From Octopus vulgaris (lineage: Eukaryota), in assembly GCA_951406725.2 (NCBI GenBank), contig OX597823.1, positions 56,420,001-56,484,000 on the forward strand: a DNA stretch of 64,000 nt, given 5' to 3'. Positions 26,036 to 40,244 of the stretch are shown here, in pieces. Both the position numbers and the translations under genes were made by a program. How positions within the stretch are numbered: the stretch's first letter is position 1; every line of letters starts with the position of its first letter. Under the pieces are notes generated by a model. It did not search any database, was not told the origin of the DNA, and saw only the letters and a list, made by a program, of their open reading frames with translations.

Positions 26036-26357
26036 CTTTTACTTGTTTCAGTCATTCGACTGTGGCCATGCTGGAGCACTGTCTTTAGTCGAGCAAATCG
26101 ACCTCAGGACTTATTCTTTGTAAGCCTCGTACTTATTCTATCGGTTTCTTTTGCCGAACCGCTAAGTTATGGAGTCGTAAACACACCAGCATCGTTTGTC
26201 AAGCGATATTGGGGGGGACAAACACTGACACACAAACATATATATATATATATATATACATATATACGACGGGCTTCTTTCAGTTTCCGTCTACCAAATC
26301 CACTCACAAGGGTTTGGTCGGCCCGAGGCTATAGTAGAAGGCACTTGCCCAAGGTGC
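26036..26357 (-). mobile_element. Family-A SINE, 5' truncated
   Basis: Reverse complement of the family-A consensus. Confidence 0.85.
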
Positions 26358-26506
26358 ATACATACATACATGCATTGAGGGTATATGTGTATGTTGTATG
26401 TATGCATGTATATATATATATATATATATATATACATACATACATACATACATACATACATACATACATACATACATACATACACACACATATATATTAA
26501 TATTTA

Positions 26507-26670
26507 AGAGAAGTTACAGTGACTCGATGGCCAAAAGTTTCATGTTGTACCAACGTACGAAACTCTCGAACCGTGAGTCACTCTGTTGCTTCTGTTAAAT
26601 ATTAATAAAAATATAAATATACTCATATTTTGAGTTCTGTTTTTCTTGCTTGCATCACCATACCTATGTC
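26507..26670. repeat. Imperfect hairpin plus tail
   Basis: AGAAGTTACAGTGACTCGATGG..AGTTTCATG / CGTACGAAACTCTCGAACCGTGAGTCACTCTGTTGCTTCT, followed by AATAAA and a tail resembling the reverse of the 49716 tail. Confidence 0.55.
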
Positions 26671-27688
26671 TTTATATTATTTATATTCATATATATGCAT
26701 GCGTTGAGGGAATATATATTATTTATATAATAATATATATGCTTGCGTTGAGGGAGTATATATTTGAGTGTGTGTGTGTGCATATATGTATTTATATAAA
26801 TTTTATATTTATATATGTATATATAACGGTAGAATTTCAATTGATTAAAAATTAGTTCTGATTCACCGCCGTTTAAGTACAAATACACACACGTGTAAAA
26901 GGTCGAGCTCGTATTTTCGTTTAGACATGTTGGCCATTTATGAAATACTCGCGCCATTGACTTCATTGGTTTACACACATACACACAGATACGCTATTTT
27001 ATTATTTTTCATTCAGTGTTCTTCATATACCAACGGCATCCTCATTGATGCTGCATGTCTTTTATTCCTCAACAAAACTGCAGTTTCCATTCGAAATATA
27101 TTTTATGTGTTTGATTTACGAGCCCTTTGGAAATACATAAATTTTATAATGATAATAATAATAATAATATTTCCATTTACCCTATTCCTTGTGTGTGAAT
27201 ATGTGGAGACTTGATGCTTACTTTCTTGTACTACACTCGCATTTTATACACGCGCTCACATACGCATTACATACATACATACATACATGCATGCATGCAC
27301 ACGAACAGAACATTGATTGAGCCGCCCTACTTGCTGGTAATAGCAGTTCAGTTCCCTCATTTACGTAAAACAAGGACATACTGAAAACTAGTCTTGGATA
27401 CAAACACAAACACACAGACGGAATGGTCACGGCCGGAATGCTTTTGATCTTAGATTTGCTCAGTTAGAGCTGACCTAGTGCTAAACAGCAACGAAAGTGT
27501 GTACGTGCCTGTATGCCGACTATATATGTATGTGTGTGTATGCATTTATATTTCTACACACGCACATATGTGATTATAAACACACATATATATTTAAACA
27601 TTTTTTTATTAAATTTTAATATTAAACTATCAACCGGCTAAGTACACGAGGGAACAATTAGCGAAGGAAATATTTTATTTTCCATGTG

Positions 27689-27722
<34 letters not shown>

Positions 27723-29319
27723 CACATGCACACATGTACTGTTATTATTGTTGTTAGTTGTTAGGCGATTATCTAGCATCTTCCGAGTTCATTGTCATTG
27801 TTCTTATAATAAAAACTCCTACCACGTAGGTGGTATGGCTTCACTGTGAATCAATTCATAAAAAAAAAATAGATAGAGAGAGAGAGAGGGAGAAATTAAA
27901 AATACGTGTTATAATAATATGTAAGTGAATGATGTGTTACTGCTGTGAACATATATATAACATCCCTGTGATGGAGTATCTTTCGCTTAGATCTCCCTTC
28001 CTTATCACGACACACATCAACCAACACTACATACATGCCAACAAAGCAGCCAACCCTTCAATGTGCTCGGTGCACCTGCTGCTAGAAATAGCAGCCAAAT
28101 GTCTATCGCGTTGCATCCTTCCGTCTTAAATAAGGAAACGACATTCTAGAAAATGTAGTCCTTTCATAGTTCTATGGAGCTAAACAGCAACAACAACCAA
28201 CGAATAATAACAACTTGGCCATGCATTTCTCTTTCGATATTCAAAGCAGTCCTTTCATGCTTTCACGAGTAATTTAAATACAAAAGCATGATTTTTTTTT
28301 TATACGCGATACACACAAAATATCTCAAAAATAAAGCTCAAATTGAGATCATGAAAGTCGCTGGAAAATTTTTTAACATGCTTGAATATGAAGATAAGGT
28401 GTGCTTTGTAACGATTTCTGTTCAAATTCTATCCTTGTTGGCTTTGTCTCTCATCCTTCTGGGGCCATAATATTAGTTATAAGATTTTGCTGTTACTGTT
28501 TAGCCTCAGGTCAAGCCTCACCGAGCAGAACCTGTGATCAGAGGTAATTGTAGGAGTGATTAACATGCATAATAATGTTTTTGTTGTTTATATTTTTATT
28601 TTGTCATGGACATAATTGACTAGTTTTTTTCTGTTATCGATCCCGGAAGTAATCGAACTCCGGTCGCAAGGAAATGTAACTGAATACTTTTACGAGCTAG
28701 CTACTGAAACCTCTTGGTGCTTGCTCGGTTGCTAGACATAACAGCCAAAGCTTCATTATATTTACACCCTGCTGTCTTAAAATGTGAAAAAAAAAAAAAA
28801 AAAAGATGGCGTGTATGTGTGGTTAGAAGATTGCTTCCCAACCACATGGTTCCGGGTTCAGTCGTATTGCGTGGTACCTTGGGTTAAAGTGCCATTACCA
28901 TAGCCCCCGGGCCGACCAAAGCATTGTAAGTGGTTTTGGTAGACGGAAACTGAAAGAAGCCTATCGCAAATGTATATGTGTGTTTGTGTTTGTTACTCAT
29001 CACCGCTTGACAACCGGTGTTGATTCGTTTATGTCCCCTTAACTTAGCGATTCGGCAAAGGAGACCGGTAGATGGCCGCCGTCTATTGACTGGGAAGAAG
29101 ACGTGATGGTCACAGCTAGAATGTTTTTGATCATAGGTCTACTTGATATAGGTTGACCTGGGATTAAATAAATAAATACGGTAAGACTGTCGTTTCTGCT
29201 GCGCACTGCCGTTTTATTTATTGATTTTCAACAGAGGCACAAGGCCGCATAGTTTGAGGGAGGGTGCATAGAGGAATAAATCGATCCTAATTTTTGACTA
29301 ATATTTATCGTGCCAATCA

Positions 29320-29545
29320 AGGAGAAACCTCTATGTGGTCACTCAACTTGTTAGAAATAGCAGCGAAATTACTATCGGATCACAACTCATCATTAAAAAA
29401 AAAAAATCCTATTGATAAAATAGAATTTAAGCATGAATATATAATATCTGAATAAAAGACAGAGTTGTTAGGGTTAGAATATAGAATGCGTTTGGTCATA
29501 CATCTGATTGGTCATGGCTGACCTAGGGCTAAACAGCAGCAAACA
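29320..29545 (+). mobile_element. Family-E old dispersed repeat
   Basis: GGTCACTCAACTTGTTAGAAATAGCAGC...GCTGACCTAGGGCTAAACAGCAGC. Relatives at ~2107, 12960, 27420, 28060, 28710/29100, 55420 (minus) and 63475. Confidence 0.6.
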
Positions 29546-30275
29546 CAATCTGGTAACTATTATCGGTCTTAGAATGATGAAATAGAAGATTGGCAACAGT
29601 AATATTTGAAATTAGAACGTAAAGGGAAGTAACTAAACCTAAACCCTGCAAGGCATTAAATCCTACACTTTATTGACTCTGCCAACTGCAGATGAAAACC
29701 TTTTATCCGAAATACCCAAATCCGTGACACTTCCGGTCCAGGGACTCAGGACCAAGGATTTTCATCTGTACTAATGATGAGATGGTTTCTGATTTTAACA
29801 CAAGACCAGGAATTTTGAGAGGAGTAGGAGTAGCTAATAATAATAATATATGATTGGAACTTGATCGAGCTCGATAAAATATGAAAGCCGAACTCGGGCA
29901 TAATTTGAATTTTGAACGCAAGGTGCCAGAACAAATGGGCCCTTTTTGCCGACGCTCTAACGATCCTGCCCTTTAATGATTTTAGGTTTGGGTACAGGAG
30001 ACAGCGATTTACTCACCACGTAAATGACCGGAAGAAATACTTCCGAGTATTTTGTGCTACGCTTTAACAATGACAACAAAATGGTACTACTTGCTGTGGT
30101 GAAAACACACCAGCACCAGTTGTTAAGCGGTGTGGTGAACAAGCATGAGCGCGTGCGTGTGTATGGCAGCTTCCATCTACCAAATTCATTTACAAGGCAT
30201 CAGTTGACCTTGGGTCTATATGAGAAGATACTTGTCCAAGGTACCCGAAACTAAATGGTAGCACAACGAGGTTCT

Positions 30276-30630
30276 TAACCACACAGCCATATATATATAT
30301 ATATATACCACATGGTTCCGGGTTCAGTCCCACTGCATGGCACCTTAGGCAAGTGTCTTCTACCATAGCCTTGTGAGTGGATTTGGCAGACGGAAACTGA
30401 AAAAGAAGCCCGTCGTGTATATATATATGTTTGTGTGTCTGTTTGTTCCCCCAACATCGCTTGACAACTGATGCTGTTGTGCTTACGTCCCAGTAACTTA
30501 GCGGTTCGGCAAAAGAGACCGATAGAATAAGTACTAGGCTTACAAAGAATAAGTCCTGGGGTCGATTTGCTCGACTAAAGGAGGTGCTTCAGCATGGCCG
30601 CATTCAAATGACTGAAACAAGTAAAAGAGT
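30276..30630 (+). mobile_element. Family-A SINE
   Basis: Collinear with consensus from 30308; an inverted head piece lies at 30276-30290. Confidence 0.8.
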
Positions 30631-31226
30631 ATATATATATATATATAATGTAAATAATAATAATGATTTTAAGCTTATAATTACTATTTACGGAATTTCC
30701 ACTGGCCACCATTTCTTTGTTTAATGCAGACCACACACACAAACGCATTATATTTTAAAGTCTGGTACTTATTACTTATTCTATCAGTCACTTTTGCCGA
30801 ACCGGTTGCCAAGCGGTTGGGTGGAGGTCAAACACAGGTTACACACATGCGCGCACGTGTTATATACGACGAGCTTCTTTTCAGTTTCCATCTAGCAATA
30901 TTCTTTCAGAAGGCTTCGGCCAGCCCAGGGTTGCAGTAGAAGACACTTGCCCACGTGGTAGGAAAACAAACTTCTTGCCACACCTACGCCCATATGGAAA
31001 TCGCTACACTTGTTCTATGGAAAATAGCAATGAGTTCTGTATAAACTCTGATTTTTTGTGTCAGTATCTTTGCGTCTGGATGCGATTTATTTTTATGTAG
31101 ATGTAGGACTATGGTAATCGAAGCTTAATGCAACAGTAAACTGCCTCCTTTACATGTCTAGGTTATTCATTCACAGTATAGAAATATTTCTCATGGCCTC
31201 AGCAGAACAAATGGAAAAGGCGTTGC

Positions 31227-31929
31227 CCCGGACGCGAAATTTTTTTCCCACGAGAGTTCCGGACCCCAGTAATTAACTCATTTCCATACAGCCAATCAGA
31301 GCTCACGTTGACCTTGTCAAGTTAGCAAACACTCTCTACCAAGTAAACTGAAGACGAAGAACGGTGTTGTAAGTCGAGCGACGCCAAGTTAGGCCGTTAC
31401 GTTCTGAGTTCAAATTCCGCCGAGGTCGACTATGCCTTTCATCCTTCCGGGGTCGATAAATTAAGTACCAGTTACGCACTGGGGTCGACGTAATCGGCTT
31501 AATCCCTTTATCTGTCCTTGTTTGTCCCCTCTATGTCTAGCCCCTTGTGAGCAATAAAGAAATAAGTTATGCCTGATTTTAGAAGGACATAAGTAATTAG
31601 ATAGATTTGCATCTATATTTATTATCAGATTTTGTTAGGGCCCCATATGGTAAATATGTGGATGGGAAAAATGTGGGTAGAGGGTGATGTGCTAGTAACC
31701 CTCTCCACTTACTGGTTTACAAAGTAAACAACACAAATAACTATGCAGAGGCAGCCATGGTTGAAACAAGAACAAGCATGGTCATTCCTTACCCAAGTGA
31801 CCTTATCTTAACGCCCATCACTTGTTATGCGCTCATAAGTTAGATTGATACTTGAGCTCTGATTGGCTGTATGCAAATGAGTTCATAACGGGTCCGGAAC
31901 TCTCGTGGGAAAAAAATTCGTGAACTGGG
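31227..31929. mobile_element. MITE with ~85-bp TIRs, interrupted by a family-B SINE (31394-31565)
   Basis: CGCGAAATTTTTTTCCCACGAGAGTTCCGGACCC..AACTCATTTCCATACAGCCAATCAGAGCTCA and its reverse complement at 31853-31922. Confidence 0.8.
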
Positions 31930-32334
31930 AAGGGGGCTGAGGAGCATGTACCACTCTCTCCTCAAGAAAAGAAGTGCGCTGTCCTAAGTATTGTTGTTCG
32001 CCCTTTTCTCCTGGAATTGTATTCCCTTGTGGCCTCGTGACCTCCCTACGAAAAATTCCTGGGATCGCGCCTGCTGGATGATAGCGAGAGCGATGCGCTG
32101 GAACAGCTACTCTGACTCGCGGAGCTCTGTATAAACCGAAATCAACTCTGTTTAGCCATTTTCTTTATTTACTTTTTTCCCTCTGAGGTTGTTGTAAGGT
32201 GTTGGCTGTTCTCGCACATTTCCATTTAGTCGGCGAATGTAAAGAATACTTTCTATGGGTAAGCAAACAGGAAATAACAGTTACTACCCAAAGACAAAAA
32301 TCCTATTACACAGTGTAATCGAAGCTGCACGATA

Positions 32335-32631
32335 TTTCGTTATTGTATTTGGTTTGCAAGATTTTTGATGTGAACTCGTGTTGAAACAAACCTTTTGTCT
32401 TGAGAAGGTCATTATGCCAACAATAATAAACATGCGTTCGTTCAATATTTCTTTATTGTTAGTCTAACCAAGTAGCTGATCGACCGTTTGTTTAACCAAC
32501 ACATTAACAAACAGCCCATTCGTTAGTTGGTTAGATATGTAACCGATTGACTGGCGATAAGGAAGTGATGTTGAACCAGTGCCTGTGTTTATTATTATTG
32601 ACATAATGACCCTCCCAAGACCCAACAAAAT
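32335..32631. mobile_element. Hairpin-plus-tail insertion related to 2482-2959
   Basis: Same tail (TTTCGTTATTGTATTTGGTTTGCAAGATT) and outer arms (..TGACCCTCCCAAGACCCAACAAAA), but a different inner hairpin. Confidence 0.7.
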
Positions 32632-33141
32632 ATAATTTTCTTATTTTATTGTAACTTTTGGCATTTTTGTTTACACCCTAATATCATGTACATTTTTCAT
32701 CAACACTTCCAGTTGAAAAAAATCGAATAAGTCATACATCCAGGCCAAAATGATGTCATTATCGAAAGGTTTAGTAAAATATTCGTCGTCGAAACAAATG
32801 GTGTGTAAACTCTTAAATAAAAATTTAAAAAAAAACATATAGGCATACCTACACAATTGTACCCCAAAATTTGTTTCCTCGTTACTTCCAGAAAAATAGA
32901 TATTTTTAAATGAAATTTCCTACAGACACACTGCAGATGATGTAGATTCAGATTATATCGGAATTATCTGGGTAAAAAAAAGAATTTGGAATGGAGTTTC
33001 GGAAAATTCACATGAGTCAGCTTTGTTTCCTCATAACATTCAGAAAAATGGGTATTTTGACGAAATTTTTTATAAATGCTTTCCAGAATGTGTAGGTTAC
33101 GATTATATCGGAATTATATATAATATATATATATATATATA

Positions 33142-33535
33142 TAGGTGCAGGCGTGGCTGTGTGGTAAGAAACTTGTTTCCCTACCTCATGGTTTCTAGTT
33201 CAGTTCCACTGCGTTGCACCTTGGGCAGGAGTCTTCTCTAGTTTCGAGTCGACCAAAGCCTTGTGAATGGATTTGATTTGGTAGACGGAAACTGAAAGAA
33301 GCTCGTCGTATATGTAAATGTGTGTCTTTTTATTTTTGTCCCCCTCCACCACTTGACAACCCGTGTCGGTGTGTTTATGTCCCCGTAACTTAGTGGTTTG
33401 GATAAAGGAGACCGACAGAATAAGTACCAGGCTTAAGAAATAAGTCCTGGAGCCGATTCATTCTACTTAAAATTCAAGGCTGTGCCCCATCATGGCCGCA
33501 GTCTAATGACTGAAAGAAGTAAAAGATAAAAGATA
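33142..33535 (+). mobile_element. Family-A SINE inserted in a fold-back element
   Basis: Full head-to-tail match; both flanks belong to the 39863-type family. Confidence 0.8.
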
Positions 33536-33569
33536 TGTATGTATATATATATGTGTGTGTGTGGATGAA

Positions 33570-33601
<32 letters not shown>

Positions 33602-34216
33602 TGGATGGATAGATTGGTGGGCTTGCACACATACGTACTGACATACATTACATGCATCTACAAAATGAAATTTCGAAAAAAAAAAAATTGTGATGTGTGT
33701 GGGTGTTCACTGTTTTCCTTTCAGCATCAAATTCCGATATAATCATAATTTACGCATTCTGAACGGTATTTTTTAGAAAATTTCATAATTTCATCTCCCA
33801 CCCACCAATTTTTTGCTTTTGTTTTTTTTTTCAACAGATTCCTATATTGTTTGAATCTACAGTATCTGAAACGTGTTTGTAGAAAATTTCATTTTGAAAT
33901 ATCCATTTTCCTGGAAGTTATGGGAAAACGAAGTCACTGTGACACACTTGCGTAGTTCCAATACGTGTGTGTGTGTTTACGCCCTCCCTCACTACCGTTT
34001 CACAATCTGTATTGTTTTGTTTACACCCCCGTAACTTATCAGTTCAGCGAAGGATAAAGTACTAACTAGGCTTAAAAAATATAAAGTGAGGTCGATTTGT
34101 TTGACTAAAACTCTTCAAGGCGGTGCCCCTGTATGACCGTAGTCCAATGGCTGAAAAAAAGTTTTTAAAAAACTCAAAACAGTGTATGTTATAAATATAT
34201 GAATACACAGACGTAT

Positions 34217-34248
<32 letters not shown>

Positions 34249-34281
34249 TACATACATACATACACACACACACACATACAT

Positions 34282-34332
<51 letters not shown>

Positions 34333-34939
34333 CATGTATGTATATTTCTTTACTACCCACAAGGGGCTAAACACAGAGGGGACAAACAAGGATAGACAAA
34401 CGGATTAAGTCGATTATATCGACCCTAGTGCGTAACTGGTACTTAATTTATCGACCCCGAAAGGATGAAAGGCAAAGTCGACCTCGGCGGAATTTGAACA
34501 TATATATATATATATATATGTCTCGCTTTCTTTCTTTCTTTCTCTCTCTTTCTCTCTCTCTCTCTCTCTTTCACGCGCACAGAACACTCGTGCATAATAA
34601 CAATAGAATTGTTGAACGTTTTAAAAGCTCGCTGATAAACCCAACTGGCTCGAGAGAGAGGGAGGGCGGAAGAGCGAGTGAGGAATTAATTGTTATGCAA
34701 ACATCACAAGGATTCGACTGAAGATTAAACGACAAGAGTTTTGTAAGAAGTGTGTCAAAAGTCTTCGATACTCTCGAGCTGACACTTAAAAGAATGAAGG
34801 AGCAAATAAGAACCACGCAATCAGTGCGTCTGTTTATTTACACTGTAAAGGTGACTGACTCTTCTAAAACGCATCAGCAACAAACTTCTTCTATTATGGA
34901 GGGAGATAGATGCAAGATGTCTTGTTCATTTATTTATAA

Positions 34940-35780
<841 letters not shown>

Positions 35781-36082
35781 ATTTATATATTTATTGTAAT
35801 CCTTCGTGGCCACCTGCAACGAAGTGCGAAATGTTCTGAACGTTGTTTCCTCTATCTCCCCTGCCCACGTTTGACATTGAGAGCGTTATAAAGAGCATTA
35901 TAAAATTACTGCGCGCTCTCTCTCTCTCCTCTCTCTCTGGTTCTATCTCCCCTTCTCTCTGTCTTCCCCTCTCTGGGGCACCGCACTCCGTTTCTCTTCT
36001 CCAGGACTCATACTTTCAGAGAAATCATGTATGTATGTATGTGTGTGTGTGTGTGTGTGTGTGTTTTTAGGCCAAGTTCTAT

Positions 36083-36450
36083 ACTCTTATTTGTTTCAGT
36101 CATTTGACTGCGACCATGCTGGAGCACCGCCTTTAGTCGAACAAATCGACGCCAGGACTTATTCTTTGTAAGCCTAGTACTTATTCTATCGGTTTCTTTT
36201 GCCGAACTGCTAAGTTACGGAGACATATACACACCAGCATCGGTTGTCAAGAGATGGCGGGGTAGATAAACACACACACACACACACACACGACGGGCTT
36301 CTTTCAGTTTCCGTCTACCAAATCCACTCACAACGCTTTGGCCGGCCCGAAGTTATAGTAGAAGACACTTGCCCAAGGTGCCAGGCAGTGAACCCGGAAC
36401 CATATGGTTGGTAAGCAAGTTACTTACCACGCAGCAACTCCTGCGCTTAT
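36083..36450 (-). mobile_element. Family-A SINE, full length
   Basis: Reverse complement of the consensus. Confidence 0.85.
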
Positions 36451-36587
36451 ATAAAATAATTCGACATTTAACTGAAGGATTATTCAATACTATTTTTTAA
36501 AAATAGAATACAATTATATTTACTAACTTTTACAGGGGATAAAGTTGACACTGATTTGCTTATACACACACACACACACACATACAT

Positions 36588-37275
36588 GCACTCCAACATT
36601 TCCTTGATCATCGACCCAACCCCAAGCTGACACATCCACACTCCTTCGTCTGGCCGAACTTGTCCTCTCACTTAAGTGCTTCTCGTTCGCGGGTGACCTT
36701 TTACCAGCAAGTCTCGGGAGTGGCCATGGGAATGAGAATGGGCCTCAACTATGCGAACCTATTCGTTGGCTACGTTGTGGCCCAAATATTCTCAAGTTTC
36801 ACTGGTCCCACTTCTGAACTATACGGTCGTTATATTGACGGCTGTATCGCTGCGACCTCACTCTCCTGCGATCATCTAGACTCTTTCCTCATCATCATCT
36901 AGACTCTTTCCTCATCTTTGTCAAATCTTTCCATTCTGCCCTCCACTTCTCCAGCACTATTTCCGACACCTCAGTCGCCTTTCTCGACATTTCGGTCAGC
37001 ATTCATCACTCTACTCTCACCACCTCCATCCACTACAAACATACAGACTCACACTCATACCTCAACTCCTCCTCTCACCCTAAACACACCAAACTCTCCA
37101 TCCCCTATTCCCAATTATTCCGTCTACGTAGGCTCTGCAGTGACAACCATGACTTTGAGACTCAGTCTCAACTCATGGCTCGCCACTTCATCCTACGTGG
37201 ATATCCCCTCACCACTATCCACACTGCCCTTCCCAGAGCACGTTCCATGGACTGTGCATCTGCTCTCTTTTCAAG
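36588..37275 (+). mobile_element. Penelope-like element (PLE) reverse transcriptase fragment, inactivated
   Basis: Translates to YQQVSGVAMGMRMGLNYANLFVG...YGRYIDGCI...VAFLDISV...TSIHYKHTDSHSYLNSSSHPKHTKLSIPYSQLFRLRRLCS...RGYP, the typical PLE RT core and thumb. Catalytic YIDD reads YIDG. A 23-bp tandem duplication (36871-36893/36894-36916) frameshifts it. Confidence 0.92.
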
Positions 37276-37277
37276 TC

Positions 37278-37565
37278 CAGGCAGGCTCATGGGCCCGATT
37301 TTCCCGATTTCTATGGCGTGTTTGTTCCCCCCTGCTGGACGGGACGCCAGTCCATCGTAGCGTTACTCAAGAACCAGGAACAAAAAGTGAGAGAAAATTG
37401 GGACGAAAGCGTACAACAGGGGTCTCCACCACCCACTACCAGATCCTTGTAGAGCTTTAGGTGTTTTCGCTCAATAAACACACACAACTCCCGGTCTGGG
37501 AATCGAAAACGCGATCTTCCGACTGCGAGTCCGCTGCCCTAACCATTGGGCCATTGCGCCTCCAC
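37278..37565 (-). mobile_element. SINE with family-D head and a different 3' body
   Basis: 37450-37563 matches 23899-24011; the remainder differs and resembles 50860-50930. Confidence 0.75.
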
Positions 37566-37601
37566 ACACACATAAATATATATTATACAAATCACAGTAT
37601 G

Positions 37602-37828
37602 CAGTATTATAGATGCATTACAGCCGATGTTACCAATCGATTTCGTACTGGATATTAGATAACTGGGCGGCTATCTAATATACGTGCTCTATAGGAATGG
37701 CAGGTATGGAAAAATAAATATGGCGACTGCCATTTCTGAAGAGCATGTGTATTGAATAACTGCCCGTTTATTTAATATCCAGTACGAAATCGATTGATAA
37801 GATCGGCTGTAATGGATCTGTAATACTG
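37602..37828. mobile_element. Almost fully palindromic MITE
   Basis: CAGTATTATAGATGCATTACAGCCGATGTTACCAATCGATTTCGTACTGGATATTA... pairs with the right arm ending ATCGGCTGTAATGGATCTGTAATACTG|TA; ~100-bp arms. Confidence 0.85.
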
Positions 37829-38349
37829 TATATGATATGGATTCTTAAACGACCTTTACACACACACACAAAATCCAAACACGTTTTCTTCCCTCTCTCC
37901 ATCTGTTTTCTGTCCTTATTCCTTTCTGTAAAATGGCATAGGCTCGAAACGTCGCAGGCTCTTCCATTTTCCCTGAGCGTCAAACTAGTACACCTTGTTT
38001 GTTGCTCCCTTACCTATTTCTATCTTTTGTTAGTCAAGTTCGGCTTTAGCTAGCAGCTAAAAGCGTTGTTGAGTGAGCCCTTGGTCTTTATTCTCATCAG
38101 AAATTGACAATGTGCTGTTGTTTTTTTTTATGGCGGTTTATTGAGCAGGCAAATTTATGCGTGCTTACCTTGCGTGCGTGTGCACGCCCGCTTAGTTTGT
38201 ATGTAAGCCTGCGTATATATGTAATGTATCATTGTGTCTACCAGACTATCGATTGTTCCTATACACCGCTAGTCACAATGCGTTTCCAATACTTTTTTGA
38301 TTGCACCCTTCTTTTCCATCTTGGCCCAAATATTTTAACTAAATTGACT

Positions 38350-38565
38350 TCCTATTGTTGTGGAGGCCTTCTAAGTGACCTTTTTCAGATCTCTTGGATA
38401 ACACTCAGCAACTGCTGTCTGTGAACTTTGCAACATGTCCGACGCAGTAGAAATTGTGTTTTCAGAACTCTGTGTTCACGTCGTTCACTCCGCTCCCTTC
38501 CCGAATCATCTTGTTTCGGATATGATATCCATTCAGAGCATGGATTTTTTCCATGTCCCTTTGTG
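38350..38565 (-). mobile_element. Decayed RTE-like LINE 3' fragment
   Basis: Minus frames with shifts give HIRNKMIREGSGVNDV, CVGHVAKFTDS and CYPRDLKRSLRRPP, collinear with RTE motifs IRNExIR, WAGHVAR and WxPRxxKRxRGRP. Confidence 0.7.
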
Positions 38566-38659
38566 GCGAAGAGGGAAGATAACGATAAGAATGAATATAT
38601 GATATATAGATAAATTTGTATACGGATTCAGATTCCTATTTATTCATATGTATATATAT

Positions 38660-38886
38660 TCTTTTATTCTTATACTTGTTTCAGTCATGTGACTCTGGCC
38701 ATGCTGGAGCACCGCCTTTAGTCGAACAAATCGACCCCAGAACTTATTCTTTGTAAGCCTAGTACTTATTCTTTGTAAGCCTAGTACTTACTCTATCGGT
38801 TTCTTTTGCGGAACCACTAATTACGGGGACTTAAACACACCACCATCGGTTGTCAAGCGATGCCGTGGGGTGACACATACATATAT

Positions 38887-38930
<44 letters not shown>

Positions 38931-39057
38931 CGGGCTTCTTTCACTTTCCGTCTACCAAATCCACACACAAGGCTTTGGTCGGCCTAAGGCTATAGTAGAA
39001 GACACTTGCCCAAGGTGTCACGTGGTTGGTAAGCTAGCTATTTACCACACAGCCACT
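38660..39057 (-). mobile_element. Family-A SINE
   Basis: Reverse complement of the consensus, with an internal ~23-bp duplication at about 38742-38790. Confidence 0.85.
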
Positions 39058-39176
39058 CAAAAGTTGTGTGTGTTACTGTCATTGCCTTTGCATCACGTGA
39101 CATTTATAAATGAGTGTTACCCACCATTTCCAATATTCTGTAAAATTTTATACTCCATTGTGGGGAAATGGCAATA

Positions 39177-39575
39177 TTTCGTCTCTAGTAGACCTTTCCG
39201 TCGATTTCCGTAAAATTTTTTTTTTTTTTTACATATGGGCTTGCGGGAACTTTTGAAATAATGAGAGCGAAAGAGACTAAGAGAAAGCGATTGTATGACG
39301 AGGGAAGTTCTTTTGAAGTTACCGTGCATGGGAAGCATTGATGTACATGTGTGTGTGTGTGTGTGTGTGTGTTTGATGGGGTGTGGGAGACAGACAGTAT
39401 GTTGTGTAAGTGAAGTGCTTCTGTTAGTGTGTGTGAAAGAAAGAGATAATTGAAATTTTTTACTCGGTGTATTTGTATATGTATGTATATTACTTCAAAA
39501 GTTCCCGCAAGCCCATATGTAAAAAAAAAAAAAATTTTTTACGGAAATCGACGGAAAGGTCTACTAGAGACGAAA
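39177..39575. mobile_element. Young TIR element with ~85-bp near-perfect arms
   Basis: TTTCGTCTCTAGTAGACCTTTCCGTCGATTTCCGTAAAA(T)nACATATGGGCTTGCGGGAACTTTTGAA and its reverse complement at 39490-39575. Confidence 0.85.
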
Positions 39576-39862
39576 GATCGCCGGGGAAATATTACTTTAC
39601 TTGGGAAGCGATGAGGCTTGGCAACAGGAAGGGAATCCGAGCGTAGTTAATCCGCCTCAGCAAATTCCTTCCAACCCATGCGAGCATGGAAAAGTGAACG
39701 TTAAAACCACGACGACTACGACGATGTATTACAACGTAAACAAGGTTGCGTGAACGTTAGACGGTTGAAGGCCCGTCGGTTAAGTATCAGTGTACTAATA
39801 ATACAATGTGAGGCTATAAATATATATCGTGTTTTATTTACACTACGCCACAAAATAATTTC

Positions 39863-40244
39863 GCATACATACACAAGTGTGCCCCCCCACCTCTTAACTT
39901 TCTGAGAAATGGATATTTCGTAATGAAATTTTCTACAAGTACTTTTTAGATTATTCAGATTCCAAGTATATCAGAATTTAATGTGGAAAATAAAAATAAT
40001 AATAATAATAAACACGTCACATATATATTTACAAAATGAAACTTGAAATTTCGAAAAAGTTTTGTATTGTATGACAGAATGTAGATGTGCGCAACTACTA
40101 GTTTTGTCTGGGGTTAGGACGGGACTCCGCATTAAATTCCGATATAGTCACAATCTATACCGTCTTGCAGGTGTTTGTAGAAAAATTTCATTTAAAAATA
40201 CCCACTTTTCTGAAAGTTACGAGGGCACACTTGTGTAGGTATGC
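39863..40244. mobile_element. Fold-back/MITE family member; related copies at ~32842-33955 (split by a SINE) and ~42215-42835
   Basis: GCATACATACACAAGTGTGCCC...TAACTTTCTGAGAAATGGATATTT..AATGAAATTTTCTACAA with the complement ending GGGCACACTTGTGTAGGTATGC. Confidence 0.75.

Noticed and set aside
25799-26966. Two-exon minus-strand ORF (MKSMARVFHKW...LNG / AVNRYHVEQVKLTTGRAVMSN*)
   Set aside because: The phases fit, but it is only ~54 aa with no recognisable motif and cannot be distinguished from chance.
36918-37460. 180-aa Ser/Pro/Thr-rich ORF
   Set aside because: Off-frame reading of the PLE RT fragment running into a SINE.
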